Part shown: positions 1 to 9,600 of the stretch, piece after piece
Position numbering within the stretch: position 1 is the first letter of the stretch
Layout: the number at the start of each line of letters is the position of its first letter
Assembly (NCBI GenBank): GCA_963999385.1
Contig: CAXEUS010000233.1
Coordinates: 1-35,770, forward strand
Direction: 5' to 3'
Length of the DNA: 35,770 nucleotides
DNA from: an uncultured Candidatus Poseidoniales archaeon
GTDB lineage: Archaea; Thermoplasmatota; Poseidoniia; Poseidoniales; Thalassarchaeaceae
Notes under the pieces: model-generated
The model's input: the letters and a program-made list of their open reading frames with translations, nothing else
Told to the model about the DNA's origin: nothing
Database searches by the model: none
Program-made: the position numbers and the translations under genes

Positions 1-1
1 A

Positions 2-964
2 GAGGAGGGCGGAGACCGCGATGAGCAACTGCGCCTAGTCAACAAGATTCTGAAACTCGACGATAGCCACATCGACGGATGGTGGGCACTTGCAAAACTC
101 GAACTCCCCGCTCAGGGTGCTCCCACTCTGGTGCAGGCATCACGTTGCCTGCGCGCCTGCAAGCGGGTCGTCGAACTAGACTCTGAACATCGCGATGCAT
201 GGTGGCGGGGTGGTCAGGTCCTCGTAGAGGACCTCGGCATGCTCGAGGAAGCGCTCAACTGGTGGCAGCAGCGCAGAGAAGCCTCGCCGTCTGACCCTGA
301 ACCACTGATCGAACAGGTGGCCATCCTTGCAGATTTGGGTCTCTATCCCGAAGCGGCCGAGCGACTCTCGCAACTGTGGGCGGAAGGGATGGAGTCGATG
401 CTGCATTCTCAACTGCAACGTGCAGCACGGCTGCACTCGATTGTCAAGAAGGCTGCATTGCGGGAGAAGAAGCACATCTTCCAGCCGTGGGACGCGGATC
501 ATGAGGGATGGAAGGATGTTGAGTGGTCACGTAATCGCAAGCCAGCACAGGAGTCGACGCAGTTCCTGCTCTTAGCCGGGCCGCTGGTGCTTCTCGAGGT
601 CACCTTCTGGAATACAATCGATTTCGGAGAGAGCATCATCTGGCCGATGCTGATGGGTTTCCTGCTCGTTCTGTTAACAGTCCTGTTCTGTGTGAGAGTT
701 TCCAAATGGATTACGATGAAACTGAACAAGCCCGCCTACAACATGGTGCGAGCGATGGATGTGGAAGTCACCTCGGGTATGGTGTGCATACCAGATGGCT
801 GGCGAGGGATGAAACTCTATCAGGCGCTCTTGGTACTTCGCTCACCCGCCTGGCAGACCCGCTTGCAGCGCATCATCGATGGAGACGAGAAGTTGCCTGC
901 CAAGTGGCGGCCGAATGTAGGAGACCTGAGCACTGTCGACCTGATCATCTCTGAAGAGGAGTGA
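2..964 (+). CDS. TPR/Sel1-like repeat protein with two predicted TM helices, 5' end cut by the window edge
   Basis: The frame of the 131..964 ORF is open back to nt 2, with no stop before the GTG used by the ORF track, so the gene begins upstream of the window. Consecutive helical repeats share a signature: LDDSHIDGWWALAKLEL, LDSEHRDAWWRGGQVLVE, LIEQVAILADLGLYPEAAERL. The hydrophobic stretches FLLLAGPLVLLEVTFW and IIWPMLMGFLLVLLTVLFCV look like TM helices. I cannot assign a family by eye. Confidence 0.6.
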   Translation, partial: EEGGDRDEQLRLVNKILKLDDSHIDGWWALAKLELPAQGAPTLVQASRCLRACKRVVELDSEHRDAWWRGGQVLVEDLGMLEEALNWWQQRREASPSDPEPLIEQVAILADLGLYPEAAERLSQLWAEGMESMLHSQLQRAARLHSIVKKAALREKKHIFQPWDADHEGWKDVEWSRNRKPAQESTQFLLLAGPLVLLEVTFWNTIDFGESIIWPMLMGFLLVLLTVLFCVRVSKWITMKLNKPAYNMVRAMDVEVTSGMVCIPDGWRGMKLYQALLVLRSPAWQTRLQRIIDGDEKLPAKWRPNVGDLSTVDLIISEEE

Positions 965-971
965 GTGCGCT

Positions 972-2261
972 TCAGGTTCCGGCTGAGTAGTCGGCGTGGT
1001 ACGCCTTCTGCTCCTCGGTCAGTTCATCGATGCTGAGTCCTTCAGTGGAGAGCTTCAGCGCAGCCAGTTCACTGTCCTGCTCGCGCGTGATGTCGTAGAC
1101 TGCGTTATCGTAGGAAGCACCCTCACTGGCGAGTCGACAGAGACTCAGGAATTGATTGGCGAATGACATGTCCATCACTTCGGATGGGTGACCTTCAGCA
1201 GCTGCCAAGTTCACGAGCCTCCCTCGGGCCAGCAAGAAAACACGGCGACCATCGGCGAGGGTGAACTCGTCGTTGTTACTGCGAATCTCTCGCTCTGAGA
1301 TGGCCAGACCCTCGAGTTCAGGGATATTGATCTCACAGTCGTAATGACCGGTGTTGCAGATGACTGCACCGTCCTTCATGGAAGCGAAATGGCGCTCGAC
1401 CAGTACGTCCTTCATGCCTGTCGCCGTGCAGAACAGGTCACCCAGAGGTGCAGCTTCGTCCATCGTCATGACAGCGAATCCGTCCATGTGTGCCTTCAAT
1501 GCCGCTAACTCATCCACCTCGGTGATGATGACCTTCGACCCCATGCCTCGGGCTCGGTTAGCCAATCCCCTGCCGCAGTGCCCATACCCAGCAATGACGA
1601 ATGTCTTACCAGCCAACAGGATGGAGGTTGCCCTGAGGATACCATCGAGAGTGCTCTGACCTGTTCCGTGGACGTTGTCGAAGTCCCACTTGGTGATGGC
1701 GTCGTTGACAGCGATGACCGGATAGCGCAATTCACCCGCATCTGCCATTGCACGCAGGCGATGTACACCAGTGGTGGTCTCCTCAGTTCCTCCGATGACG
1801 CCTTCGATGGCGTCCGTTCGAGCATCATGCACGCGGAAGATGAGGTCGGCTCCATCGTCGAGCGTCAGAGTGGGTCCAGCGTCGATTGTCTGGTCAATGC
1901 ACCAGTAGAAGTCATCGACAGACTGCCCGTACCAAGCGAATATCGAGTAACCTTCGTGAGCGAGCCAAGCGGCTACGTCGTCCTGAGTTGACAGCGGATT
2001 GCATCCAGACCAACTGACATTGGCGCCAGCGGCAGAGATAGTCTCGATTAGCACAGCAGTCTCCTTGGTGACGTGCAGACAGCCGGCCACAGTCATGCCT
2101 GCCAGAGGCTTGTCCAGTTCCGCCTGCTGCTTCAGAGATGCGAGCACCGGCATGCGCGAGCGTGCCCAATCGACCCTGCGTGCGCCTTCGTCAGCAAGGG
2201 ACATGTCAGCGACTTTGTGAGATTCTCCCTCATCCATCGAACGCGCCGACCCGCCTTCCAT
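972..2261 (-). CDS. ahcY: S-adenosyl-L-homocysteine hydrolase (adenosylhomocysteinase)
   Basis: The 429-aa ORF carries the diagnostic blocks HVTKETAVLIETISAAGANVSWSGCNPLSTQDDVAA, TEETTTGVHRL, Rossmann GYGHCGRG, NTGHYDCEI and LVNLAAAEGHPSEVMD. The start is ambiguous between ATG 2261 and ATG 2237 (MDEGESHKVADMSLADEG). The gene is convergent with the TPR gene, with a 7-nt gap. Confidence 0.95.
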   Translation of the reverse strand: MEGGSARSMDEGESHKVADMSLADEGARRVDWARSRMPVLASLKQQAELDKPLAGMTVAGCLHVTKETAVLIETISAAGANVSWSGCNPLSTQDDVAAWLAHEGYSIFAWYGQSVDDFYWCIDQTIDAGPTLTLDDGADLIFRVHDARTDAIEGVIGGTEETTTGVHRLRAMADAGELRYPVIAVNDAITKWDFDNVHGTGQSTLDGILRATSILLAGKTFVIAGYGHCGRGLANRARGMGSKVIITEVDELAALKAHMDGFAVMTMDEAAPLGDLFCTATGMKDVLVERHFASMKDGAVICNTGHYDCEINIPELEGLAISEREIRSNNDEFTLADGRRVFLLARGRLVNLAAAEGHPSEVMDMSFANQFLSLCRLASEGASYDNAVYDITREQDSELAALKLSTEGLSIDELTEEQKAYHADYSAGT

Positions 2262-2297
2262 TCAAAAGCACAGAGGGTAGGTTCGTTTCACCCTGAA

Positions 2298-3536
2298 TCA
2301 GTGCTCGAAGTTGTAGAGTCCATCCCAGATATCATCCAATCTAGCAAGCGACTCCTTGATTGGTACAGCAGCGCGACCGAGAGGGGCATCAATGTTCCAA
2401 CTACCGTCGTCATTACGCACATCGTCAGTGAGTTCCACAAGCCTCATCTCCGCCAAATCTCCAACCGCATCACGAATCTCGAAATCTGCATGTACATCCT
2501 GTTCCGCCAACCAGGCTTCGATGCGTGCATCCAGTGATGCAAGGGTGTGACCAACATCGGCCTCAGCGAGCAGGAACGTGTAGCATAGCAGCGATTCCTT
2601 GACCTCTTGCTCCTCCGCCAGATCGATGACCATGTTCAGCACGGCCTGATTGTTCGCTTGGCCTTTGAAATAGAGATCCTTGGCGACTGCTGCCATGTAA
2701 TTCTCCTTCGTCTTTCGATAGGTCATGTAGGCCTTCATCGCATAACTACCAAGCGCCCCTGCGAGGGCTATCAACAGCGCTTGCGAAAGATCGACTGTCG
2801 GGCCACCAACAATGACCGGAAGCAGGTACTGCTGGAACAGCATGACCAGACCGACCACCAGTGGAAGGGATATCTTCGCCTTGTCCAACAGGCGCATATT
2901 GGGGGTTGTGTTTGGAAAGATGACCTCAAGGTCCTCGACTGGGACGTTCTTGAACAACCTCAGGTGCAGCCCTGCTCCCATCTTACCGGGGTCATGCTTC
3001 TTCATCCCCTGTTCCACGAACCATTCTGATTCCTGGAAACGTATGACCTGAATGACACGGTTGTACATATCGAATTTTACCTCTTTACCCGGTCTTCCGA
3101 GTAGATTGTCCAACGCGTTGGGAAGATTCTCAGTCATCTCATCGTGACCTAGTTTGTACAACTTCATCGTCACGAATTCATCAAGCCGGACGTCCATGCT
3201 TATGGGGAACAGAGATTCTCCATCCAATGCGAGTTGGAATTCCTCATCAGTGACGTCCTCCCAGTTTCCGTCTACCAATACCTCTTCGAAGGCGGATATG
3301 AAAGAATCAACTTCAGTGAGATCGAGTTTGCGCTCGGCATCAGGATCCATGGCACTGTACAGTACCTTGAGCCTCTCCAGTACACTCAGTGAACTGTGAT
3401 GATCGAGCGCTTCAAGCATCGTACAGACACTTTCCAAGCCCTCTTCGATGAGTGGAGCAATTGTCGGCTCGGCGAACAACCGCTCTTTCACCTCGTGTCT
3501 GGGCATCGGAATGAAGTGGCTCTTACCCATACCCAT
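2298..3536 (-). CDS. DUF3754 / TMEM143-like membrane protein
   Basis: 412-aa ORF. An AAGGAG Shine-Dalgarno element ends 6 nt upstream of ATG 3536. The core LRLFKNVPVEDLEVIFPNTTPNMRLLDKAKISLPLVVGLVMLF plus a second hydrophobic helix LIALAGALGSYAMKAY matches my memory of the DUF3754/TMEM143 signature (FK-x-[IV]-P-x-x-DLE-x-x-FP followed by TM helices). The family call is from memory, not from a search. Confidence 0.7.
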   Translation of the reverse strand: MGMGKSHFIPMPRHEVKERLFAEPTIAPLIEEGLESVCTMLEALDHHSSLSVLERLKVLYSAMDPDAERKLDLTEVDSFISAFEEVLVDGNWEDVTDEEFQLALDGESLFPISMDVRLDEFVTMKLYKLGHDEMTENLPNALDNLLGRPGKEVKFDMYNRVIQVIRFQESEWFVEQGMKKHDPGKMGAGLHLRLFKNVPVEDLEVIFPNTTPNMRLLDKAKISLPLVVGLVMLFQQYLLPVIVGGPTVDLSQALLIALAGALGSYAMKAYMTYRKTKENYMAAVAKDLYFKGQANNQAVLNMVIDLAEEQEVKESLLCYTFLLAEADVGHTLASLDARIEAWLAEQDVHADFEIRDAVGDLAEMRLVELTDDVRNDDGSWNIDAPLGRAAVPIKESLARLDDIWDGLYNFEH

Positions 3537-3624
3537 CTCTGGCTCCTTGCAAGACGCCTGTATTCAGCGTACATGAGTGTAACCTCTCAACTTCTACGTG
3601 CTATTCACGCATCACACGGCGCTA

Positions 3625-3644
3625 CCGCTCGAATAGACGAGCGG
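3625..3644 (-). terminator. GC-rich stem-loop in the 3' region of the 2130-aa gene (possible terminator or RNA-stabilising hairpin)
   Basis: Perfect 7-bp inverted repeat ccgctcg (3625-3631) and cgagcgg (3638-3644) with a 6-nt loop. It starts 27 nt downstream of the stop at 3671. No U-tract follows, so terminator function is uncertain. Confidence 0.3.
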
Positions 3645-3670
3645 CTTGCGCCGCGTTTCAAACGCTATCG

Positions 3671-6600
3671 CTATTGCTGTTGGAAGTGCGTTGCATACTG
3701 TTGCGCGTATTGACGTGCTGTCTCCTCAGGGTATCCCTGAGCGATGAGCTGCTGGACGTAGGCCTCCATCGGGTCCATATCCTCGATTCCGCCGAATCCT
3801 TCGACGTCAGCGGTGCCACCCTTGCGCATGCGCAGCATGAACAAGGTTGCGAGCACGACGATTAACAGAGCCAACGCAGCGATTCCAGCATAGAGCATCA
3901 TGTTTCCAAGGCTGCCTCCTTCATCACCCGTCTGGGTCTCAGTTCCAGAGCAACCGTCTGCATCGGGGTCGGCAACACATGGGTCCTCGTCTTGGACCGG
4001 CACCAGGTTGACATCGATGCGCTTCCAAAGCACCCAGTTCTGCCCGTTACCTTCGACTACCTTCACCCAGATGGTCTGCACCTGACTCTCGTTGGTGTAG
4101 AGGTCCTCAAGCTTCAGACCCATGCTGAACGTCGACACACAGTCCACGGTGGCGGTGCTCGTGTCACACAGGTTGTTGGTCGAGTTGTACTTGCCCAGAT
4201 TCATCTGCTGGAACTTGTCGGCGAGCGTCTGGTTGAGCACATCGGGATTGAGTGATACCTCGACGAGGATGTCACCGTTCTCGCTGCCCGAGAGCACCGA
4301 GCCGTTCACGTAGACGTAGTCACCCGATTGTGTCGAGCCGTCAAGAGGTGTGCTGATCTCCACCTCAGGGGGTTCATCGCCCCAGTCTTCAGGAACAACG
4401 ACGAAGAACATGTAGTTCTTGGCGCTCTCCCGACCGGCACGATCGACCACAACCAGTTCTATGCGAATCGTGTTCTCGTTGAATCCAGAAGGATCAGCAG
4501 TCTGGTTCCAGAAAGTGTAGGTCCAGTCACAGCCCATGGCAGAAGTACGCTCGAACTCGTGGTTGGCCTCGGACACCGCGTTCCACGGATAGTCAAACAG
4601 AACCTTCCACTTGTACATCGTGATGCCGGATTCGCCATCGGGCGCATCCGGGTCCTGCGAGGCACAGGCGTCGAACTTCACCTTGACATCATTCGAAGAG
4701 GAAAGCTTGGCCAGATGAATCGGCCAGTCGACTGCTCCCACTGTCTTGTTGCCATGGTCGGTGAGGCTGTCCGGATAGAACGGATGCTCCTCGACGATGA
4801 CGCTCGCCACAGGTGGTGAGGAATCAGCGAGGATGTCGTTGGTGGCCAGTTCGATGGTGGTGATGCGCGTGTGGCCCTCTGCGTCGTGCAGGAACAGCGT
4901 GATTGTCCATGTAGCGTCCTGACGGCAGCCACTGGCCTCCTGGGTATCGATACGGCAGAAGGTAGCAGAGTGGTTCTCGTCAGCTCGGTGAGCGTAATCC
5001 TGGTTCGGGGTGAACAGGTTTCGCTCCCAGTCGGTTGCACCACTGATATGCCAATCTGCATCGAGTCCGGATACGGTGGAGTTGTATCCAAAGGATAGCG
5101 CTGTGTTGCTCTTCATGTAGTAGGTGAAGTCGTAGACACCGTTGCCGTTTGCCTCTGTCGGTACCTCATCGTTGATGGTCATGTCCCAGCCTGCGCCGGC
5201 GATTCCGAATCCGAGCGGATAGGGTGTCACCATGAACTTCAGTAGGTTCGAGCGCAGCGGTGCAGCGGTGCTTCCGAAGTCCTCGGACACCGATGGGTTC
5301 TCCACGTCAATGGTTGTCACAATCAGACCTCCACTACCGATGCCACAGGTGGCAAGCAGGGTCATCGTCGAGTCATCAGCGTGCTGTATGATGCTGTGGA
5401 AGCGTCCCTGCTGCGTGTTGATCATCCCACCACTGCAAGCGTTAGGCAACTTGTTGAGACCGGTGGTTGCGGTTGACAGAGCAGCGTTAGCGACGTGGTC
5501 GCCGTTGTTCATGCCAAGCCATGCGGTCGGCGATACGTCTGCCAACAGCGGGTGGTATGGGTCGACGATAGCCAAGTCGTCATGCTCAATCTGAGTGCCG
5601 GAGGTGTCCCGGTTGAGGATGTCCATCTCGTAGAGCAACTTGCCTGCGTCGCTGTCGGACTCAGCGTTCGGTCCGACGTGCATCTCAACTGTACCGCCCG
5701 CGAGCATGAAGTTCTCCAGTGTGTTCTGCAGACCGGTCTCGCCCAGTTCCTGGTAGTAGGAGCCAGCGATGACATTGGCATTGGTCTGCCACGGCAGCAG
5801 AATCTTCTGGTAGTGCGACAGCCAATCATCGTCGAAGTAAGTGTCCCAGTCTCCTTGGCGGTACTGAGTGTAAGTCATGCCCATTGAATCGAGGTCCTGC
5901 TTCACCTTCTCCAGCCGGTTCTGGTCGGTCGTGCCCGACAGAATGGCGACATCGATGTTGTCGTAGAAGGTGATGGTGAAGTTACGCATGTTGCCAGACG
6001 ATGTGCCGTCAATCAGTTCAGCGTAGAACTGGATGTTGTAGGTATGGCCGTCCAGCCAGCCTGTGTAGGGCTGGAAGGTTGCGTTGCTGCGAGCGTGCGG
6101 GGCCAATGTCTGCGGGCTGTTGGTAGAGGCGATTGGCGTCTCTGCGGTTCCAGTGCCGACATCGGTAATCTGCATGAAGACGTTGTAATCTCCTTCCAGC
6201 ACGCCATTGATCAACTCAAGTTCGAACTGGTGGGTCTTGGCGTTGTCAATTGGATATGCGCAAGGCATCGAGACATCCTCGACACAATCGAGTACGTTCG
6301 GTCGCAGTAAAGTCACATCGACAGACGCTACCTCGAAAATCATGCGCGAGAGGTTGTTCCCTAGGGTCACCTCCGCAACGTTGGTCCAGTTGTTGCCCGC
6401 GGTCACATTGTCGAAGTGACTCATCACATCGACGCGATATATGCCCTGTTGGAAGTTGTGTGTGCCGACGGTCAGATTGACCTCTTCACGAGCATCCAGA
6501 TCGGTCACGCTGGCTGAGTAACTGGTGTCCAAGGTGAAGGTGTACTCCTGCACGGTGATGTTGTCTACGGCGAAGCCGGCGAAGCCGCTCTGACCGTTTA

Positions 6601-9600
6601 TTCCGTCTGAGTTGGTCTGGAAGCGGAAGGTCAGAGTTACCTGTGCTCCCTCCATCGTTGTGCACTCGGTGCGCCAACTGGACGAATCAGGAGAACTGCG
6701 GTTCTGGATGACGAGGTGAGTCAGGTCGAGTGTGACCGACTTCACGACGCCCTCGGAGTCGAACCAGACGTTCCAGCCATGGTCGCCAGTGAACTCTACC
6801 TCGTCGAACGTGCCGTCGTCGTCGATGTCCTCACAGGTCTGATTGATGCCTTGGATACCATTCTCGTTGTAATCGTTCCATGAACCGTATACCAGTCCGT
6901 CGTAACTCTGCGCGCCCTTGCGCCATGTGATTTCCATGCCAGCGAACTCATTGATGCCAACAATATCTCCTTCAGAGTCAGTCAGGTAGTCTGCCTCGGC
7001 GAAGTAGTCGAAGGAGAGGTAAGCGAAGTCACCCGCCATGTTACGCAGGTCAATCTCCTGTAGCGTCATCGATTCGTTCCAGTCGTCCCCATATCCATCG
7101 TCGGGATGTCCGAACCAGTAGGCATTGGAGCCGAACACCGGACGGTTGCCCGGAACAATGGCATTGGAGATGGTTGAGGCGGTGTCATCTACGACTACAC
7201 CGAAGTTGTCGCCGTCGTCACCGAACATGTAGGCGCAATTTGACGGTTCGAAATCCTCGAGTTCCTTGCACGGATTCTTGAACAGTGCGTTTGGCTGCGC
7301 CTGGTAAATCGTTGCTTCGACATCGAAGTCGACCAGCGTGTTGCCAGCGTGCTCGGCGATGACATCGATGGGCATCTGACCAGCGGCGTAGAGTTGACCC
7401 TTCTCGAACGAGGTTATCTCGCGTATCGCGGGGTCGTAGAGGTTGAGGACGGTAGCCTTGAATCGAGTCAGATCGTTGGTGTCGTCCTCGTTGACGAATC
7501 CAGATGTCGAGGTAATCTCTCCCCCGATGATGTACGTCGTGTTGTTGACGAAGTAGGCATTCAGACTGACTTCCTGCTCGTCACCGGGCGCGAAGTTGTT
7601 CAGGTTGACGTTCTGCTGCACGGTCTGCTCCTGCCCATATTGGGTCACCGTCTTGGTGATTGAGATGTTGTCAATCGCCATTCCGTCAAACTGCGTGTTG
7701 CGCGATTCGTTAAGCAGGCCGACACTGCCATAGAAGCCAGAGCGGAAGCGGAAGCGGATGTCGATGTTCTCGCCAGCCCATTCGGTCAGATCGAGTGCGC
7801 TGTCATCGGTGAAGTTGCTCCACGAGTAGTTTGTTCCACCGACGTGAATCAGACGGCGGGTGTACTCGATGTAGCCACTGTCAGCGAGTTCAGCAAAGCG
7901 GACGGCATCATATCCGCCCTCGTAGAGGACAGGTTCCCAGCCACCGTCATCGGTGTAGATGTCGATATTGCACGAGTCGTCGTAGATGAGCATCCCGGCG
8001 AACGCGCCGTTGCTGTAGACGTAGTTGATTGTCGAGTAACCCGATGTGCAGAAGAGGTCGACCTCCAACTTGGCGGAGTCCGATCCCGACAGGTCGACAT
8101 CGTGCAGGATAATCGCTTCGTCCTGCCATGAGACGTAGCCACTCTCCAGATTGTTGTTGTCGCTGGAGTTGGCGTACATCGTGCCCGCCCACATGTAATC
8201 TGTGGGGTTCACATCGGCCTCGTAGCCCTCACCGTTGCTCGTCATGTTAGCTGCACTCTCTTCGTGCCAGTAGAGCCCCTCTCCGTCGTAGTCAGCCGTG
8301 GACCAAGTGCATCCGGCGCCACAGTTGGAGATTGGAGTGTTGTCGTAGTCGTTGGAGTAAACGACGGTGTCTGTGCCGCCGATGACCTCCTTCACAGAGG
8401 CTTCGACCGTCAGGCTGCCACTGATGACATCCAATCCGGTGTTGGACACAGTCACGTTCACGTTGCGATCGCCCTCACCTAGCGTCATAAGCAAGGTATC
8501 AGGATTGAACGATGCTGGTGATGCGGACATCGACGAGATGCCCACATCCTCGTTGTCAAGCTGGATGATGGTGACCGCATCTTGCGAACCACAGCCGCCC
8601 AGACCCTGCAGGTTACTGTTGATTCTGTCAGGGAAGCAGCCCTTGGTGTCGAGCCACCATGCGCCATTGTTGAACTGGAATCGATAGTCACGATTGCCCA
8701 CCGCTAGGTCGAGCGCACTGCCCGAACCACCGACGAACTGGCCGACGAGTACCATCGTCGGACGACGTCCGACATCCATCGACTGCGGGCTGTGGTAGCC
8801 ACCGCTGCCGTCAGAAAGCATAATCTGCACGGTGTTCAAATCGTCCAAGTTCTCAATGTTGAGCGAAGTGACGGTGTTGCCGCTGGCTCCGGTAAGGCTG
8901 GTCACGGTCAGGTAAGTCGGGACGACGAAGTCCATTTCCCCGTCCTGATTGATGTCAGCGATCTTCAACGAAGCGCCGTAGTAGTCACCGATGTGGACGG
9001 TGGGTCCGGTGGCCCACCCAGACTGCGTCGCGCAAGGAGCGGAGGCGCAGGAGATGTAGGTGACAGTGGAGGCGTTGGTCATGGCGACCATGTCGATGAT
9101 TCCGTCTGCTGGAGAATCGGTGTCCGCGATATCGAAGTCGCCGTACTCCACTCCAACCTTGAAGTCGTGCGCCTTGCTGGGGTCGTTGAACGCGGAGAAG
9201 GTGTTCAGGATGCAATCGAATTCGATTACCGATATGTTGTCCCAGTCACCAGCGCCCCATCCCGTAGCCGGATTGTAACCGGGCCAGACGAGCATCCATG
9301 CGTCGAAGTCAACGCAGTCCTGCGTGCCTGGCAAGCTGCTGACACTCTCACCCCAGTCACCCAGCCGCAAATCTCCGTAGACCCTGTTAGCGAAGTTGTC
9401 CAGTTGAGTCACCTTGTGATTGGTGGCTGCGTTGTTGCGATTCGAACCACCGAGGAAGGTCATCAAGCGCTGTTGACCAGAGGCAATCGACTCAAGGTCA
9501 ACTCCCACAATATCGTCGACGCCATCGCCGTTGAGGTCTGCAATCTGGAACTGCCACACGATGTCTCCCATAGTGTGTACCGCATCCTCGACGAACGCTC

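Noticed and set aside
3564-3615. A C/D-box sRNA-like arrangement lies on the minus strand between the 2130-aa gene and the DUF3754-like gene. GUGAUGC (3609-3615) and CUGA (3564-3567) are 52 nt apart.
   Set aside because: The C box deviates from RUGAUGA at its last position. I could not find convincing internal C'/D' boxes or a terminal stem. The segment also has to hold the promoter and SD region of the downstream gene.
6548-8356. The two jelly-roll modules of the 2130-aa protein might belong to an M6 (immune inhibitor A) metalloprotease.
   Set aside because: I found no HExxH or other zinc-protease motif anywhere in the protein. The nearest candidates, HEESA and HEFER, lack the second His. 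Only the accessory-domain-like pattern is present.
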